From positions 1 to 59,450 of the forward strand of contig CAMOCO010000001.1 in the NCBI GenBank assembly GCA_946610715.1: DNA of 59,450 nt, given 5' to 3'. A model generated the notes under the pieces. It did not search any database and was not told where the DNA came from. It worked only from the letters and a program-made list of their open reading frames with translations. The position numbers and the translations under genes were made by a program. This DNA is from an uncultured Clostridia bacterium (GTDB lineage Bacteria; Bacillota; Clostridia; Lachnospirales; Lachnospiraceae). Below are positions 1 to 9,148 of the stretch, piece after piece (positions within the stretch are counted from its first letter, which is position 1; every line of letters begins with the position of its first letter).

Positions 1-63
1 ACATCAATAGAAGATGCACAGTCCAGGCTTGATCTTATGAAAGAGGATATGCTGGGAAGATAG
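1..63 (+). CDS. 3' end of an upstream CDS (partial), possibly a phosphoglucomutase/phosphomannomutase C-terminus
   Basis: Frame 1 is open and reads TSIEDAQSRLDLMKEDMLGR* to TAG at 61-63. The family guess rests on only 20 aa. Confidence 0.35.
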   Translation, partial: TSIEDAQSRLDLMKEDMLGR

Positions 64-105
64 TTATATGCTTTAGTAATGGTAACCGCATTACAAATGT
101 AACAC

Positions 106-146
106 TTGACAATTATGGTTATAGGCAGTATGATTAAACGCGTTTA
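106..146 (+). promoter_or_regulatory. SigA-type promoter with candidate TetR operator
   Basis: TTGACA (106-111), 17 nt, TATGAT (129-134), followed directly by the perfect palindrome TAAACGCGTTTA (135-146). Confidence 0.7.
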
Positions 147-194
147 GTTAAACGCAACTAATCATGCTGCCTGTTATTTTTTAAGGAGAATTAA

Positions 195-776
195 ATGGAC
201 AGAAAGAATCTGGAAGAATCCAAAACCGCATTAATAAATGCGACTGAAAATCTTATAATGCACGGGAAGGATCCGTCCAAGATCACAACCCGTCAGATTA
301 CTGGAGAAGCAGGGGTCAGTCCTGCTATGGTAAACTATTGCTTCGGTTCAAAAGAAGCACTGATCTACGAGGTGTTCAATAAACTTCTGGAATGTGCAAA
401 AACGCACAATCCCAAGCTCCGCGAGCTTATGGGAAAGAAGATTGATAAGGTGGAGGAACTCCAGGAATTATATTTTGAAACTATTCGGCTGATGCTTCAA
501 TACAGAGGCATGCTGAAAGCCATAATCCGCTATTTTCTTGAGGATCTGGATATCAGTCTGAGCTCTGAGACTATTGATTTTATCGGAAGATACTATAAAG
601 GGAAAAAGACTGAAGGAGAGTGTATTCTCCTTGCTTATCAGCTTTCAAGTATCAATGAACTGATGGTGCTCCGAGCTGAGGATATCAGCGAAAAATGCGG
701 AATTAATCTGATGGATGATGATGTACTCAGAAAAGTTATTAAAGATAATATAGAAAGTGTTCTTAGAGTTAATTAG
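195..776 (+). CDS. TetR/AcrR family transcriptional regulator
   Basis: N-terminal HTH ITTRQITGEAGVSPAMVNYCFGSKEAL; RBS AAGGAG; lies upstream of the RND gene. Confidence 0.9.
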   Translation: MDRKNLEESKTALINATENLIMHGKDPSKITTRQITGEAGVSPAMVNYCFGSKEALIYEVFNKLLECAKTHNPKLRELMGKKIDKVEELQELYFETIRLMLQYRGMLKAIIRYFLEDLDISLSSETIDFIGRYYKGKKTEGECILLAYQLSSINELMVLRAEDISEKCGINLMDDDVLRKVIKDNIESVLRVN

Positions 777-786
777 GGAGTAAATT

Positions 787-3700
787 ATGATTTCAAAGTT
801 TAGTGTAAAAAAACCATATACGGTTCTGGTATGCGTGATAGCAATCATAGTAGTCGGAATAGTCGCGGTAACAAAAATGACCATGGATCTTCTTCCGAAT
901 ATGACGCTGCCATATGTAATGGTAATTACCACGGATCCCGGTGCAAGTCCGCTGGAGGTTGAGCAGAAGGTTACATCTCCGCTGGAATCGGCGCTGGCAA
1001 CCACATCAAATCTGAAAAATATTCAGTCAATGTCATATAACAGTTATTCAACCATAATTCTGGAATATGAACAGACTTCAAATATGGATTCCACGATGAT
1101 TGAAATCCAGCAGGGGCTGGATCAGATCAAGGGTTTCCTTCCTGATGGAGTGGGAAATCCCATGGTAGTTCAGCTGAATCCGGATATGCTTCCGATTATG
1201 GTTGCTGCAGTAATGGTCGAAGGTGAAGACAGCATCAAAACTGCAGACTATGTAACGACCGATGTGGTTCCTCAGCTGGAAGGTGTAGAGGGAGTTGCTT
1301 CGGTAAATGCATCGGGAAATGTTACGGAAACAGTACAGGTAACTTTGAATCAAAAGAAAATCGACAAACTTAATAAAGATATTGAGAAGGCTATTGATAA
1401 TCAGTTTTCCGATGCGGAAGAGGAACTGGCAAAGTCCAAAGATGAGCTGGAATCCGGTAAGGAACAGCTGGAGGCCGGAAAAGAAGAAATGGCTGACAAA
1501 CTGGCACAGGGGCAGACTGCCCTTGATACCCAGAAGGTGCAGCTGTATGCCACAGCTGCGGACATGGAACAGAACCTTCTGGTTCTTCAGTCGGGAAAAG
1601 CTGTTCTGGAACAGATCATAAAATCTGTAAATAATCTTACGGGAAGCATTAATTCTCTTAAGGAACAGATAGAGTCCATGAAATCTCTTATCGCACTGGT
1701 GGATGACGGGATACTTACTCCGGAACAGTTTATGGAGGCAAACGGAATAGATATAAATACTGCAAGACTACAGCTGCTTCAGCTGGAAAAACAGCTGCTG
1801 GAAAACTATGCGGCCATCAGAGCCCAGATAGAGCCCATAGCTGCTCAGTATAATATTGACCTTAATCTTATCCCCATAGAGGAGATAAATGCAGCCCTTG
1901 AGGTTGTAAATAAAGCCCTTATGGAGGATATTCCCGCGAATATTGCTTCAGAAGGTGAGGCAGCTGTAAATAATTTAAAAGAATATCTTAAGTCAGTAAA
2001 TGAACGTCTGAGTGACATTGAGGGAAAGCTTGATATCAGTTCGGCCGTAGGAATGCTTTCCAATACCCTTACCCAGCTGAATGTGGGTATTGAAACCATT
2101 AACAGTGCAAAGGAACAGATAGATCAGGGCAAACTTAAGCTGAATGAAGCAGCGGTGATGCTCAGCAAGAATCAGATACTGGGCGAGCTTCAGCTGGCAC
2201 AGGCCGATTCCCAGATCGCCCTTGGACAGGCGGGGATAACCCAGGCGGAGACGCAGCTGGATTCTGCAAAGGAGCAGGCTTCTTCTGCAGCCGATCTGAA
2301 CAGTATTTTGTCGCTGGATACGGTAAACGGAATCCTTGTGGCGCAGAATTTTGATATGCCTGCCGGTTATGCCGGAGACTATCTTATCAGAGTAGGTGAG
2401 GATGTGCCTGATGTAGATTCACTTCGTGATATGGTGCTTATCGATCTCGGAATGGATGATATTGATTCCATAAAGCTTTCGGATATCGCAGATGTGGAAC
2501 TCATAAATGATTCGGACAGCGTTTATGCAAAGGTTAATGGTGAAAATGCACTTCTTCTTACCTTTGAGAAGCAGACAGGATATTCTACAGGTGATGTAAC
2601 TGACAATATACTGGCCAGATTTGAAATTCTGGAAAGAAATCTTGATAAACCGACACATTTTTCAGTACTTATGAATCAGGGCGTATACATTGATATCATT
2701 GTAAAATCCATTGCCCAGAATATGCTTCTGGGTGCCGGACTGGCGATAATCATCCTGATCATTTTCCTGAGAGATATAAAGCCGACTATAATAATCGCAT
2801 GCGCGATACCGCTTTCTGTGGTATTTGCGGTGGTGCTCATGTACTTTACCGGAATAACACTGAATATCATATCAATGTCCGGTCTCACGCTAGGTATAGG
2901 AATGCTGGTGGATAACTCCATCGTAGTAATTGAAAATATTTACAGGCTGCGAAAAGAAGAGAATATGTCCATAAAGAAAGCTGCCGTTTACGGTGCAAGC
3001 CAGGTTGCGGGTGCCATAACGGCATCCACACTGACAACAATATGTGTATTCCTTCCGATAGTATTTACTGACGGACTTACAAGACAGCTTTTTGTGGATA
3101 TGGGACTTACCATAGCTTATACGCTTACGGCCAGTCTTATAGTTGCCCTTACACTTGTGCCCGCAATGGCTCAGGGGCTTCTCAGAAAATCGAAGGGAAC
3201 GGGAGCGTCAAGGAGCAGATTCTACGATATATTCGGTTCACTGGTAAGAAGTGCTCTCAGATTCAAGATAATCGTATTTATTCTTGTTATAGGAATCCTT
3301 GTGGCCAGCTTAGTGCTTTCACTTTCGAGAGGAACTGCATTCTTCCCGGAAATGACCAGTACGCAGGTAACTGTTACACTCAGTGTGCCTGATGAGGAAG
3401 AAAGAACCTTCAAGGAAATGACGGAGTATGCAGATACCCTGATGGAGAGGGTGGAAAAAATAGAAGATGTTGAGACAGTAGGTGCAATGATAGGAACTGG
3501 ATCTCTTCTGGGAAGCTTCGGCGGATCCGGTTCAGATAATGTTACAATGTATGTGCTCCTGAATGAAAATACAAAGGCATCAAATGATGAGATCGCAGAT
3601 GAAATATATAAATGCGCCGAGGATATTGACTGTGATGTGAATGTAAATACTGCTATGATGGACATGTCAATGCTTACCGGTGCAGGTATTACCGTAGAGG

Positions 3701-4836
3701 TAAAAGGAAGGGATCTGGATAAACTGACAGAGCTGGCAGGTCTTGTTGCTGCCGAGCTGGATGAAATAGAAGGTATTGAGGAAATAGATGACGGTATCGG
3801 TGAGACGCAAAATGAGCTTATGATATCTGTAGATAAGAAAAAGGCGGCAGAGTATGGAATGACTGTTGCCCAGGTATTTACACTTGTTTCGGCCGAACTC
3901 AGTGACACAAGATCCATGACCAGCATTTCCACGGATGTAAAGGATGTGGATGTGTATGTTAATACAGACAGTCAGGCTGATGTAACGATCTCGGATATAA
4001 AGAAGCTGACATTCGAATATACAGATAAGATTTCGGGAGAAACCGAGACAGTTCCTCTTTCAAGGATAGTTACATTTTCCGATAAATCGGAAATGACACT
4101 TATCCAGAGAGACGCCCAGGTAAGATATCTTCAGGTTTCGGGAATACTTAAGGAAGGCTATAATGTAGGTCTTGTAGGACGAGAGGTGGCAAACAGGATA
4201 AAGAACATTGAGGTTCCGGAGGGGTACTCCGTTAAAACCACAGGTGAAGATGAGGTGATAAATGAAGCCATGAGCCAGGTACTTCTTATGCTTCTTCTGG
4301 CAGTAATACTTATTTATCTTATTATGGTTGCCCAGTTCCAGAGCCTGCTCTCACCGCTTATTATAATGTTTACTATCCCGCTGGCATTTACGGGAGGATT
4401 TGCGGCACTGTATATGACAGGTAAGGAAGTTAGTATCATTGCTATGGTAGGATTTGTAATGCTGTCCGGTATTATCGTTAATAACGGTATTGTGCTGGTA
4501 GACTATATAAACCAGCTCCGAAGAGAAGGAATGGCAAAAAAAGATGCCATAGTTGAAGCTTCAAAAACACGACTCAGACCGGTTCTTATGACTGCCCTTA
4601 CTACCATCATTTCCATGTCAACAATGGCGCTGGGAATGGGACAGGGAACCGAAATGTCTCAGCCTATGGCCATAGTAGTGGTGGGAGGTATGATTTACGG
4701 AACGCTGCTTACGCTTGTTGTGGTTCCGTGTATCTACGATGCGCTGAACAGAGAGAAGAATATGGTGGAAGAAGACCTGGAACTTGAAGAGGAAAGTAGT
4801 GGAGAGGAAAGTAGTGGAGAGGAAAATGATTTCTGA
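787..4836 (+). CDS. RND efflux permease (AcrB/SwrC-like) with a long helical insertion
   Basis: Motifs PGASPLEVEQKVTSPLE, GMLVDNSIVVIENI, RLRPVLMTALTT and TLLTLVVVP; two TM bundles; 1349 aa. Confidence 0.92.
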   Translation: MISKFSVKKPYTVLVCVIAIIVVGIVAVTKMTMDLLPNMTLPYVMVITTDPGASPLEVEQKVTSPLESALATTSNLKNIQSMSYNSYSTIILEYEQTSNMDSTMIEIQQGLDQIKGFLPDGVGNPMVVQLNPDMLPIMVAAVMVEGEDSIKTADYVTTDVVPQLEGVEGVASVNASGNVTETVQVTLNQKKIDKLNKDIEKAIDNQFSDAEEELAKSKDELESGKEQLEAGKEEMADKLAQGQTALDTQKVQLYATAADMEQNLLVLQSGKAVLEQIIKSVNNLTGSINSLKEQIESMKSLIALVDDGILTPEQFMEANGIDINTARLQLLQLEKQLLENYAAIRAQIEPIAAQYNIDLNLIPIEEINAALEVVNKALMEDIPANIASEGEAAVNNLKEYLKSVNERLSDIEGKLDISSAVGMLSNTLTQLNVGIETINSAKEQIDQGKLKLNEAAVMLSKNQILGELQLAQADSQIALGQAGITQAETQLDSAKEQASSAADLNSILSLDTVNGILVAQNFDMPAGYAGDYLIRVGEDVPDVDSLRDMVLIDLGMDDIDSIKLSDIADVELINDSDSVYAKVNGENALLLTFEKQTGYSTGDVTDNILARFEILERNLDKPTHFSVLMNQGVYIDIIVKSIAQNMLLGAGLAIIILIIFLRDIKPTIIIACAIPLSVVFAVVLMYFTGITLNIISMSGLTLGIGMLVDNSIVVIENIYRLRKEENMSIKKAAVYGASQVAGAITASTLTTICVFLPIVFTDGLTRQLFVDMGLTIAYTLTASLIVALTLVPAMAQGLLRKSKGTGASRSRFYDIFGSLVRSALRFKIIVFILVIGILVASLVLSLSRGTAFFPEMTSTQVTVTLSVPDEEERTFKEMTEYADTLMERVEKIEDVETVGAMIGTGSLLGSFGGSGSDNVTMYVLLNENTKASNDEIADEIYKCAEDIDCDVNVNTAMMDMSMLTGAGITVEVKGRDLDKLTELAGLVAAELDEIEGIEEIDDGIGETQNELMISVDKKKAAEYGMTVAQVFTLVSAELSDTRSMTSISTDVKDVDVYVNTDSQADVTISDIKKLTFEYTDKISGETETVPLSRIVTFSDKSEMTLIQRDAQVRYLQVSGILKEGYNVGLVGREVANRIKNIEVPEGYSVKTTGEDEVINEAMSQVLLMLLLAVILIYLIMVAQFQSLLSPLIIMFTIPLAFTGGFAALYMTGKEVSIIAMVGFVMLSGIIVNNGIVLVDYINQLRREGMAKKDAIVEASKTRLRPVLMTALTTIISMSTMALGMGQGTEMSQPMAIVVVGGMIYGTLLTLVVVPCIYDALNREKNMVEEDLELEEESSGEESSGEENDF
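4788..4825 (+). repeat. 15-nt tandem repeat (about 2.5 copies) at the RND 3' end
   Basis: AGAGGAAAGTAGTGG repeated, encoding EESSG-EESSG-EE. Confidence 0.85.
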
Positions 4837-5317
4837 TAATAAAGAATATGAAGTTGTAAGACTCCTTATAGAGAAGGGATTTCATATTGCATTTTCTGAG
4901 TCCTGCACAGCGGGACTGGCATGCGGAAGACTCGTAAATGTGCCGGATGCGTCAAAAGTATTGAATGTAAGCTTTATTACCTATGCCGATGATGCAAAAG
5001 TTAAATATCTGGGAGTCGGAAAAGATACCATAAAACGTCACGGTGTGGTAAGTACCGAGGTGGCGGCAGAAATGGCATTAGGAGTCTGTAAAGAAACCGG
5101 AGCGGAGGTAGGAGTCGGAATAACCGGTATAGCAGGACCGACAGGCGGTGTTCCGGGAAAGCCGGTGGGGACGGTGTGCTTCGGAATAGCCATTAACGGA
5201 ACGGTAAAAACCTGGAGAGAGCAATTTGGAGACTTGGGAAGAAATGAAGTGCGTGACGCAAGCGTGATTTTCTGTTATGATAGATTAGTGGATCTTCTAA
5301 AAACATTCGGAGAATAA
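4826..5317 (+). CDS. cinA: CinA C-terminal family NMN amidohydrolase (PncC-like)
   Basis: Motifs AFSESCTAG, GVVSTEVAAEMALG and GITGIAGPTGG..KPVGTV. Start moved to ATG 4826, overlapping the RND end. Confidence 0.88.
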   Translation: MISDNKEYEVVRLLIEKGFHIAFSESCTAGLACGRLVNVPDASKVLNVSFITYADDAKVKYLGVGKDTIKRHGVVSTEVAAEMALGVCKETGAEVGVGITGIAGPTGGVPGKPVGTVCFGIAINGTVKTWREQFGDLGRNEVRDASVIFCYDRLVDLLKTFGE

Positions 5318-5322
5318 TTAAG

Positions 5323-7053
5323 ATGTCATATGTTGCATTATACAGAAAATTCAGACCGGGTACATTTGATGAGGTAAAGGGTCAGGACCATATAGTTACC
5401 ACTCTCAGAAATCAGGTTAAAAATGACAGAGTCGGTCATGCTTACCTTTTCTGCGGCACCAGAGGAACAGGAAAGACAACCATGGCGAAGCTGCTTGCAA
5501 AGGCAGTTAATTGTGATAATCTGAAGGACGGTAATCCCTGCTGCGAATGTGAAAGCTGCAAGGCTATCACTGCGGGAAATGCAATGAATGTGATTGAAAT
5601 CGATGCTGCTTCCAACAGCGGCGTTGATAATATGCGTCAGGTAAAGGAATCTGTACAGTATGCTCCGTCACAGGGCAAGAAACTGGTTTACATAATTGAT
5701 GAGGCGCATATGCTTACCAAGGAAGCTCATAATGCGCTTTTAAAAACGCTTGAGGAACCGCCGGAATATTGTATATTTATTCTGGCAACCACTGAAGACG
5801 GAAAGATACCCATCACGATAAAATCGAGATGTCAGAGATATGATTTCCACAGAATTTCCGTAGAGACCATATATAACAGACTTGCGGAACTGACTGAAAA
5901 AGAGCATGTGCAGGCCGAAGAAGAGGCGTTAAGTTTCATTGCAAGAGCCGCGGACGGTTCCATGAGAGATGCCCTTTCCATATTGGATGAATGTATAGCA
6001 TCTGCAGCAGGCGGAATTCTTACCTATGAAGAGGTTCTCAAAGCTGTCGGAGCGGTTGATATAGAGGTATATATAAGTCTTACTGAGGCTATTAAAGCAG
6101 GAGATGCGGGAAAGGTTCTCGAACTCGTAAATGATGCTGTATGGCAGGGTAAAGATATGGTAAAATATGTAGATGACTATATCTGGTTTATGAGGAATCT
6201 TCTGTTCCTGAAGCTGTCACCGGATTCAACCTCCGGGATGGATCTTACCCGGGAAAATATCGAATATCTGAAGACTATGTCCGGCGATTTCAGTCAGGAG
6301 GAGTTGACAAGATATCTGAATATCTTAGAGGAACTCAGTCAGTCAGTCAGAATATCGAATATTAAACGTGTTACTGTTGAAATGAGCCTGATAAAAATGA
6401 TGTATCCCGAAACTGACAGAGATTATGATGCTATAGTAAGCAGATTGGATGCTCTTGAAAAGGGAAGAGATTCGGCAGGGACTGCGGCAGTTGACGTGAG
6501 GGCGGCAGAACTCGAAGAGATAGTTAATTCCAAGATTGATTCTGCTGTCAGAAAAATGGAAGAAAAAGTAAAGAATCTTAAAATACCCGTTGCCGTGTCG
6601 GATAAGTCTGAGGAAGAGATAAGTGATGAGATAGTTCATTATATCAGGGAACAGTATGAACCTGCTCAATATGAGGAGGTTATGAGGTTTGCCGAAGAGT
6701 GGCAGAATAAGTATTTCAATATGCTGAATCAGATTTCGAAAAGATATCTGAAAGATGCCGATGTTGAAGCGGGAAAAGAGTTTACTGCCGAAGGTGAACT
6801 TGCGGTTATCAATATTTATATTCCCGTTAAAGACAGTTCCGGAATGCCTGATATGGCACATATTTATTATATGGAAAAGTCAAATGAAAAATCAGAGCAG
6901 AACAGGTCGGATCTGATGGACGAGATATCTCAGATAATCGGAAGGAATATAACTATAAGGTTCCTGGATAAAAAGGGAGAGGGAACCGATAATTATTCCG
7001 AAGGAATGGCATTTTTGAACAGAATTCTGTTTGATGATAAAGTTATCAAATGA
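5323..7053 (+). CDS. dnaX: DNA polymerase III subunit gamma/tau
   Basis: MSYVALYRKFRP start, Walker A GTRGTGKT, Zn-binding Cys cluster, IIDEAHML, SRC motif; followed by ybaB-recR. Confidence 0.97.
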   Translation: MSYVALYRKFRPGTFDEVKGQDHIVTTLRNQVKNDRVGHAYLFCGTRGTGKTTMAKLLAKAVNCDNLKDGNPCCECESCKAITAGNAMNVIEIDAASNSGVDNMRQVKESVQYAPSQGKKLVYIIDEAHMLTKEAHNALLKTLEEPPEYCIFILATTEDGKIPITIKSRCQRYDFHRISVETIYNRLAELTEKEHVQAEEEALSFIARAADGSMRDALSILDECIASAAGGILTYEEVLKAVGAVDIEVYISLTEAIKAGDAGKVLELVNDAVWQGKDMVKYVDDYIWFMRNLLFLKLSPDSTSGMDLTRENIEYLKTMSGDFSQEELTRYLNILEELSQSVRISNIKRVTVEMSLIKMMYPETDRDYDAIVSRLDALEKGRDSAGTAAVDVRAAELEEIVNSKIDSAVRKMEEKVKNLKIPVAVSDKSEEEISDEIVHYIREQYEPAQYEEVMRFAEEWQNKYFNMLNQISKRYLKDADVEAGKEFTAEGELAVINIYIPVKDSSGMPDMAHIYYMEKSNEKSEQNRSDLMDEISQIIGRNITIRFLDKKGEGTDNYSEGMAFLNRILFDDKVIK

Positions 7054-7075
7054 TTATATATAGGAGGACAATGAA

Positions 7076-7429
7076 ATGGCTAAGAGAGGTGGATATCCGG
7101 GAGGAATGATGCCGGGAAATATGAATAACCTTATGAAGCAGGCACAGAAGATGCAGAAGCAGATGGAGGAAACCCAGGCAGAGCTTGCTGAGAAGGAATA
7201 TGAGGCAACAGCCGGAGGCGGAGTCGTTTCTGTAAAAATAAACGGAAGTAAAGAGATAACATCTGTAAAGATTGCAGAAGAGGTTGTGGATCCCGAGGAT
7301 ATCGAAATGCTTGAGGATCTTGTTATGGCAGCTGTTAATGAGGCAATCAGAATGCAGGCGGATGATGAAAAGCAGCAGCTTGGAAAGATTACAGGTGGTC
7401 TCGGCGGAGGACTCGGAGGTCTGTTCTAA
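7076..7429 (+). CDS. ybaB: YbaB/EbfC nucleoid-associated protein
   Basis: MKQAQKMQ, AGGGVVSV, EMLEDLVMAAVN; conserved dnaX-ybaB-recR order. Confidence 0.95.
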   Translation: MAKRGGYPGGMMPGNMNNLMKQAQKMQKQMEETQAELAEKEYEATAGGGVVSVKINGSKEITSVKIAEEVVDPEDIEMLEDLVMAAVNEAIRMQADDEKQQLGKITGGLGGGLGGLF

Positions 7430-8026
7430 ATGGAGCTTTACGGTAAAGAGGTCAGCAGACTAATTGAAGAGCTGTCATCTCTTCCGGGCATCGGTGTAAA
7501 AACTGCTCAGAGACTTGCATTTTATATTATCGGAATGCCAGAGGAAAGGGCAAATGCTTTGGCTGAATCTATAACCGAAGCAAAGAAGAATATCAGGTAT
7601 TGCAAGACCTGCTATACCATAACCGATAAGGAAGAGTGTCCCATATGTTCGTCACCCGGAAGGGATCATAAGACCATAATGGTTGTTGAGACTGCTAGGG
7701 ATATGGCTGCATATGAAAGGATCGGAAAATATAACGGTGTTTATCATGTACTGGGCGGGGTCATAAATCCCAGTCAGGGAATCGGACCTGCAGATATTAA
7801 GCTGTCGGAGCTTATGATACGTCTGAGAGAGGATGTTGATGAGCTTATCATTGCAACCAACTCCAGTGTGGAGGGAGAAGCTACGGCAATGCTGATTTCT
7901 AAAATGGTCAAGCCCGCGGGGATTAAGGTGTCCCGTATTGCAAGTGGGGTTCCGGTTGGAGGAGACCTGGAATGCATTGATGAAATGACTTTGCTTAGAG
8001 CATTGGATGGACGCGTTGAGTTATAG
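7430..8026 (+). CDS. recR: Recombination mediator RecR
   Basis: HhH LPGIGVKTAQRLA, C4 zinc finger, YHVLGG, Toprim IIATNSSVEGEATA. Confidence 0.97.
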   Translation: MELYGKEVSRLIEELSSLPGIGVKTAQRLAFYIIGMPEERANALAESITEAKKNIRYCKTCYTITDKEECPICSSPGRDHKTIMVVETARDMAAYERIGKYNGVYHVLGGVINPSQGIGPADIKLSELMIRLREDVDELIIATNSSVEGEATAMLISKMVKPAGIKVSRIASGVPVGGDLECIDEMTLLRALDGRVEL

Positions 8027-8074
8027 ATAATTATCCCGATATTATTTTTTATAAACAGAGGAGGTATTATTGCA

Positions 8075-9148
8075 ATGAAAAAATTTGGAATTCTTACCAG
8101 CGGCGGTGACTGCCAGGCACTTAATGCAACTATGAGGGGTGTTGCGAAAGGACTTGAAAATCTGTTCGGAAATGTCGATTTTTATGGATTTCTTGACGGA
8201 TATAAGGGACTTATCTACGGAAATTACAAGAAGATGAAGGCTATGGATTTTTCCGGCATCCTCAGTAAAGGCGGAACAATCCTCGGAACATCAAGAGTTC
8301 CTTTTAAAGATCTGGATATACCTTTTGAAGACGGAACCGAGAAAGTTCCTTCAATGATAAAAACATATAAAAAGCTGGGACTTGACTGCCTTATAGTTCT
8401 GGGCGGCAATGGCTCTCAGAAAACGGCAAACCGCCTTTATGAAGAAGGACTTAATGTTATCGGACTTCCCAAGACAATTGATAATGATATCTGGGGAACA
8501 GACATGACATTTGGATTCTACAGCGCCGTTGATGTGGCAACACATGCAATTGACTGTATATATACAACAGCCGAATCCCACAGCCGTGTATTTGTTGTTG
8601 AGACGATGGGACATAAGGTTGGATGGATCACTCTTTATGCCGGAGTGTCCGGTGGAGCAGATGTTATACTTCTTCCTGAGATTCCTTATGATATAAAGAA
8701 AGTTAAAAAGACTATCGATAAGAGAATGAAACAGGGCAAGAAATTTACCATTATTGTTGCCGCAGAAGGAGCGATTCCAAAGGAAATAGCCAAGCTTCCC
8801 AAAAAAGAACGCAAGGCTAAGCTGGCAGAGTCAACCTATCCTTCAGTGGCATATGAAATCGCAGATAAGATCAGAGAAAATTTTGCGGGAGATGTGCGAG
8901 TTGCCATTCCGGGCCATACACAGCGCGGTGGTGCACCTGATGCTTATGACAGGATTATATCCAGCCGTTTTGGTGCTAAGGCAGCAGAGCTTATACAGGC
9001 AGAGGATTTCGGAAAGCTGGTTGTATATGTAAATGGTGAGGTTTCAGCCATACCGCTTGCAGAAACAGCAGGTAAGCTTAAGTATGTAGATCCGAACTGC
9101 CAGATGATAAATGAAGCAAAAACTCTTGGAATCAGCTTTGGAGACTAA
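8075..9148 (+). CDS. pfkA: 6-phosphofructokinase (PfkA family, group III-like)
   Basis: ILTSGGDC, GGTILGTSR, GGNGS, PKTIDND, ETMG, GHTQRGG. Confidence 0.93.
   Translation: MKKFGILTSGGDCQALNATMRGVAKGLENLFGNVDFYGFLDGYKGLIYGNYKKMKAMDFSGILSKGGTILGTSRVPFKDLDIPFEDGTEKVPSMIKTYKKLGLDCLIVLGGNGSQKTANRLYEEGLNVIGLPKTIDNDIWGTDMTFGFYSAVDVATHAIDCIYTTAESHSRVFVVETMGHKVGWITLYAGVSGGADVILLPEIPYDIKKVKKTIDKRMKQGKKFTIIVAAEGAIPKEIAKLPKKERKAKLAESTYPSVAYEIADKIRENFAGDVRVAIPGHTQRGGAPDAYDRIISSRFGAKAAELIQAEDFGKLVVYVNGEVSAIPLAETAGKLKYVDPNCQMINEAKTLGISFGD

Noticed and set aside
5323-7053. Programmed -1 frameshift in dnaX giving a gamma subunit
   Set aside because: I found no A-AAA-AAG slippery site with a flanking hairpin or long A-run after domain III.
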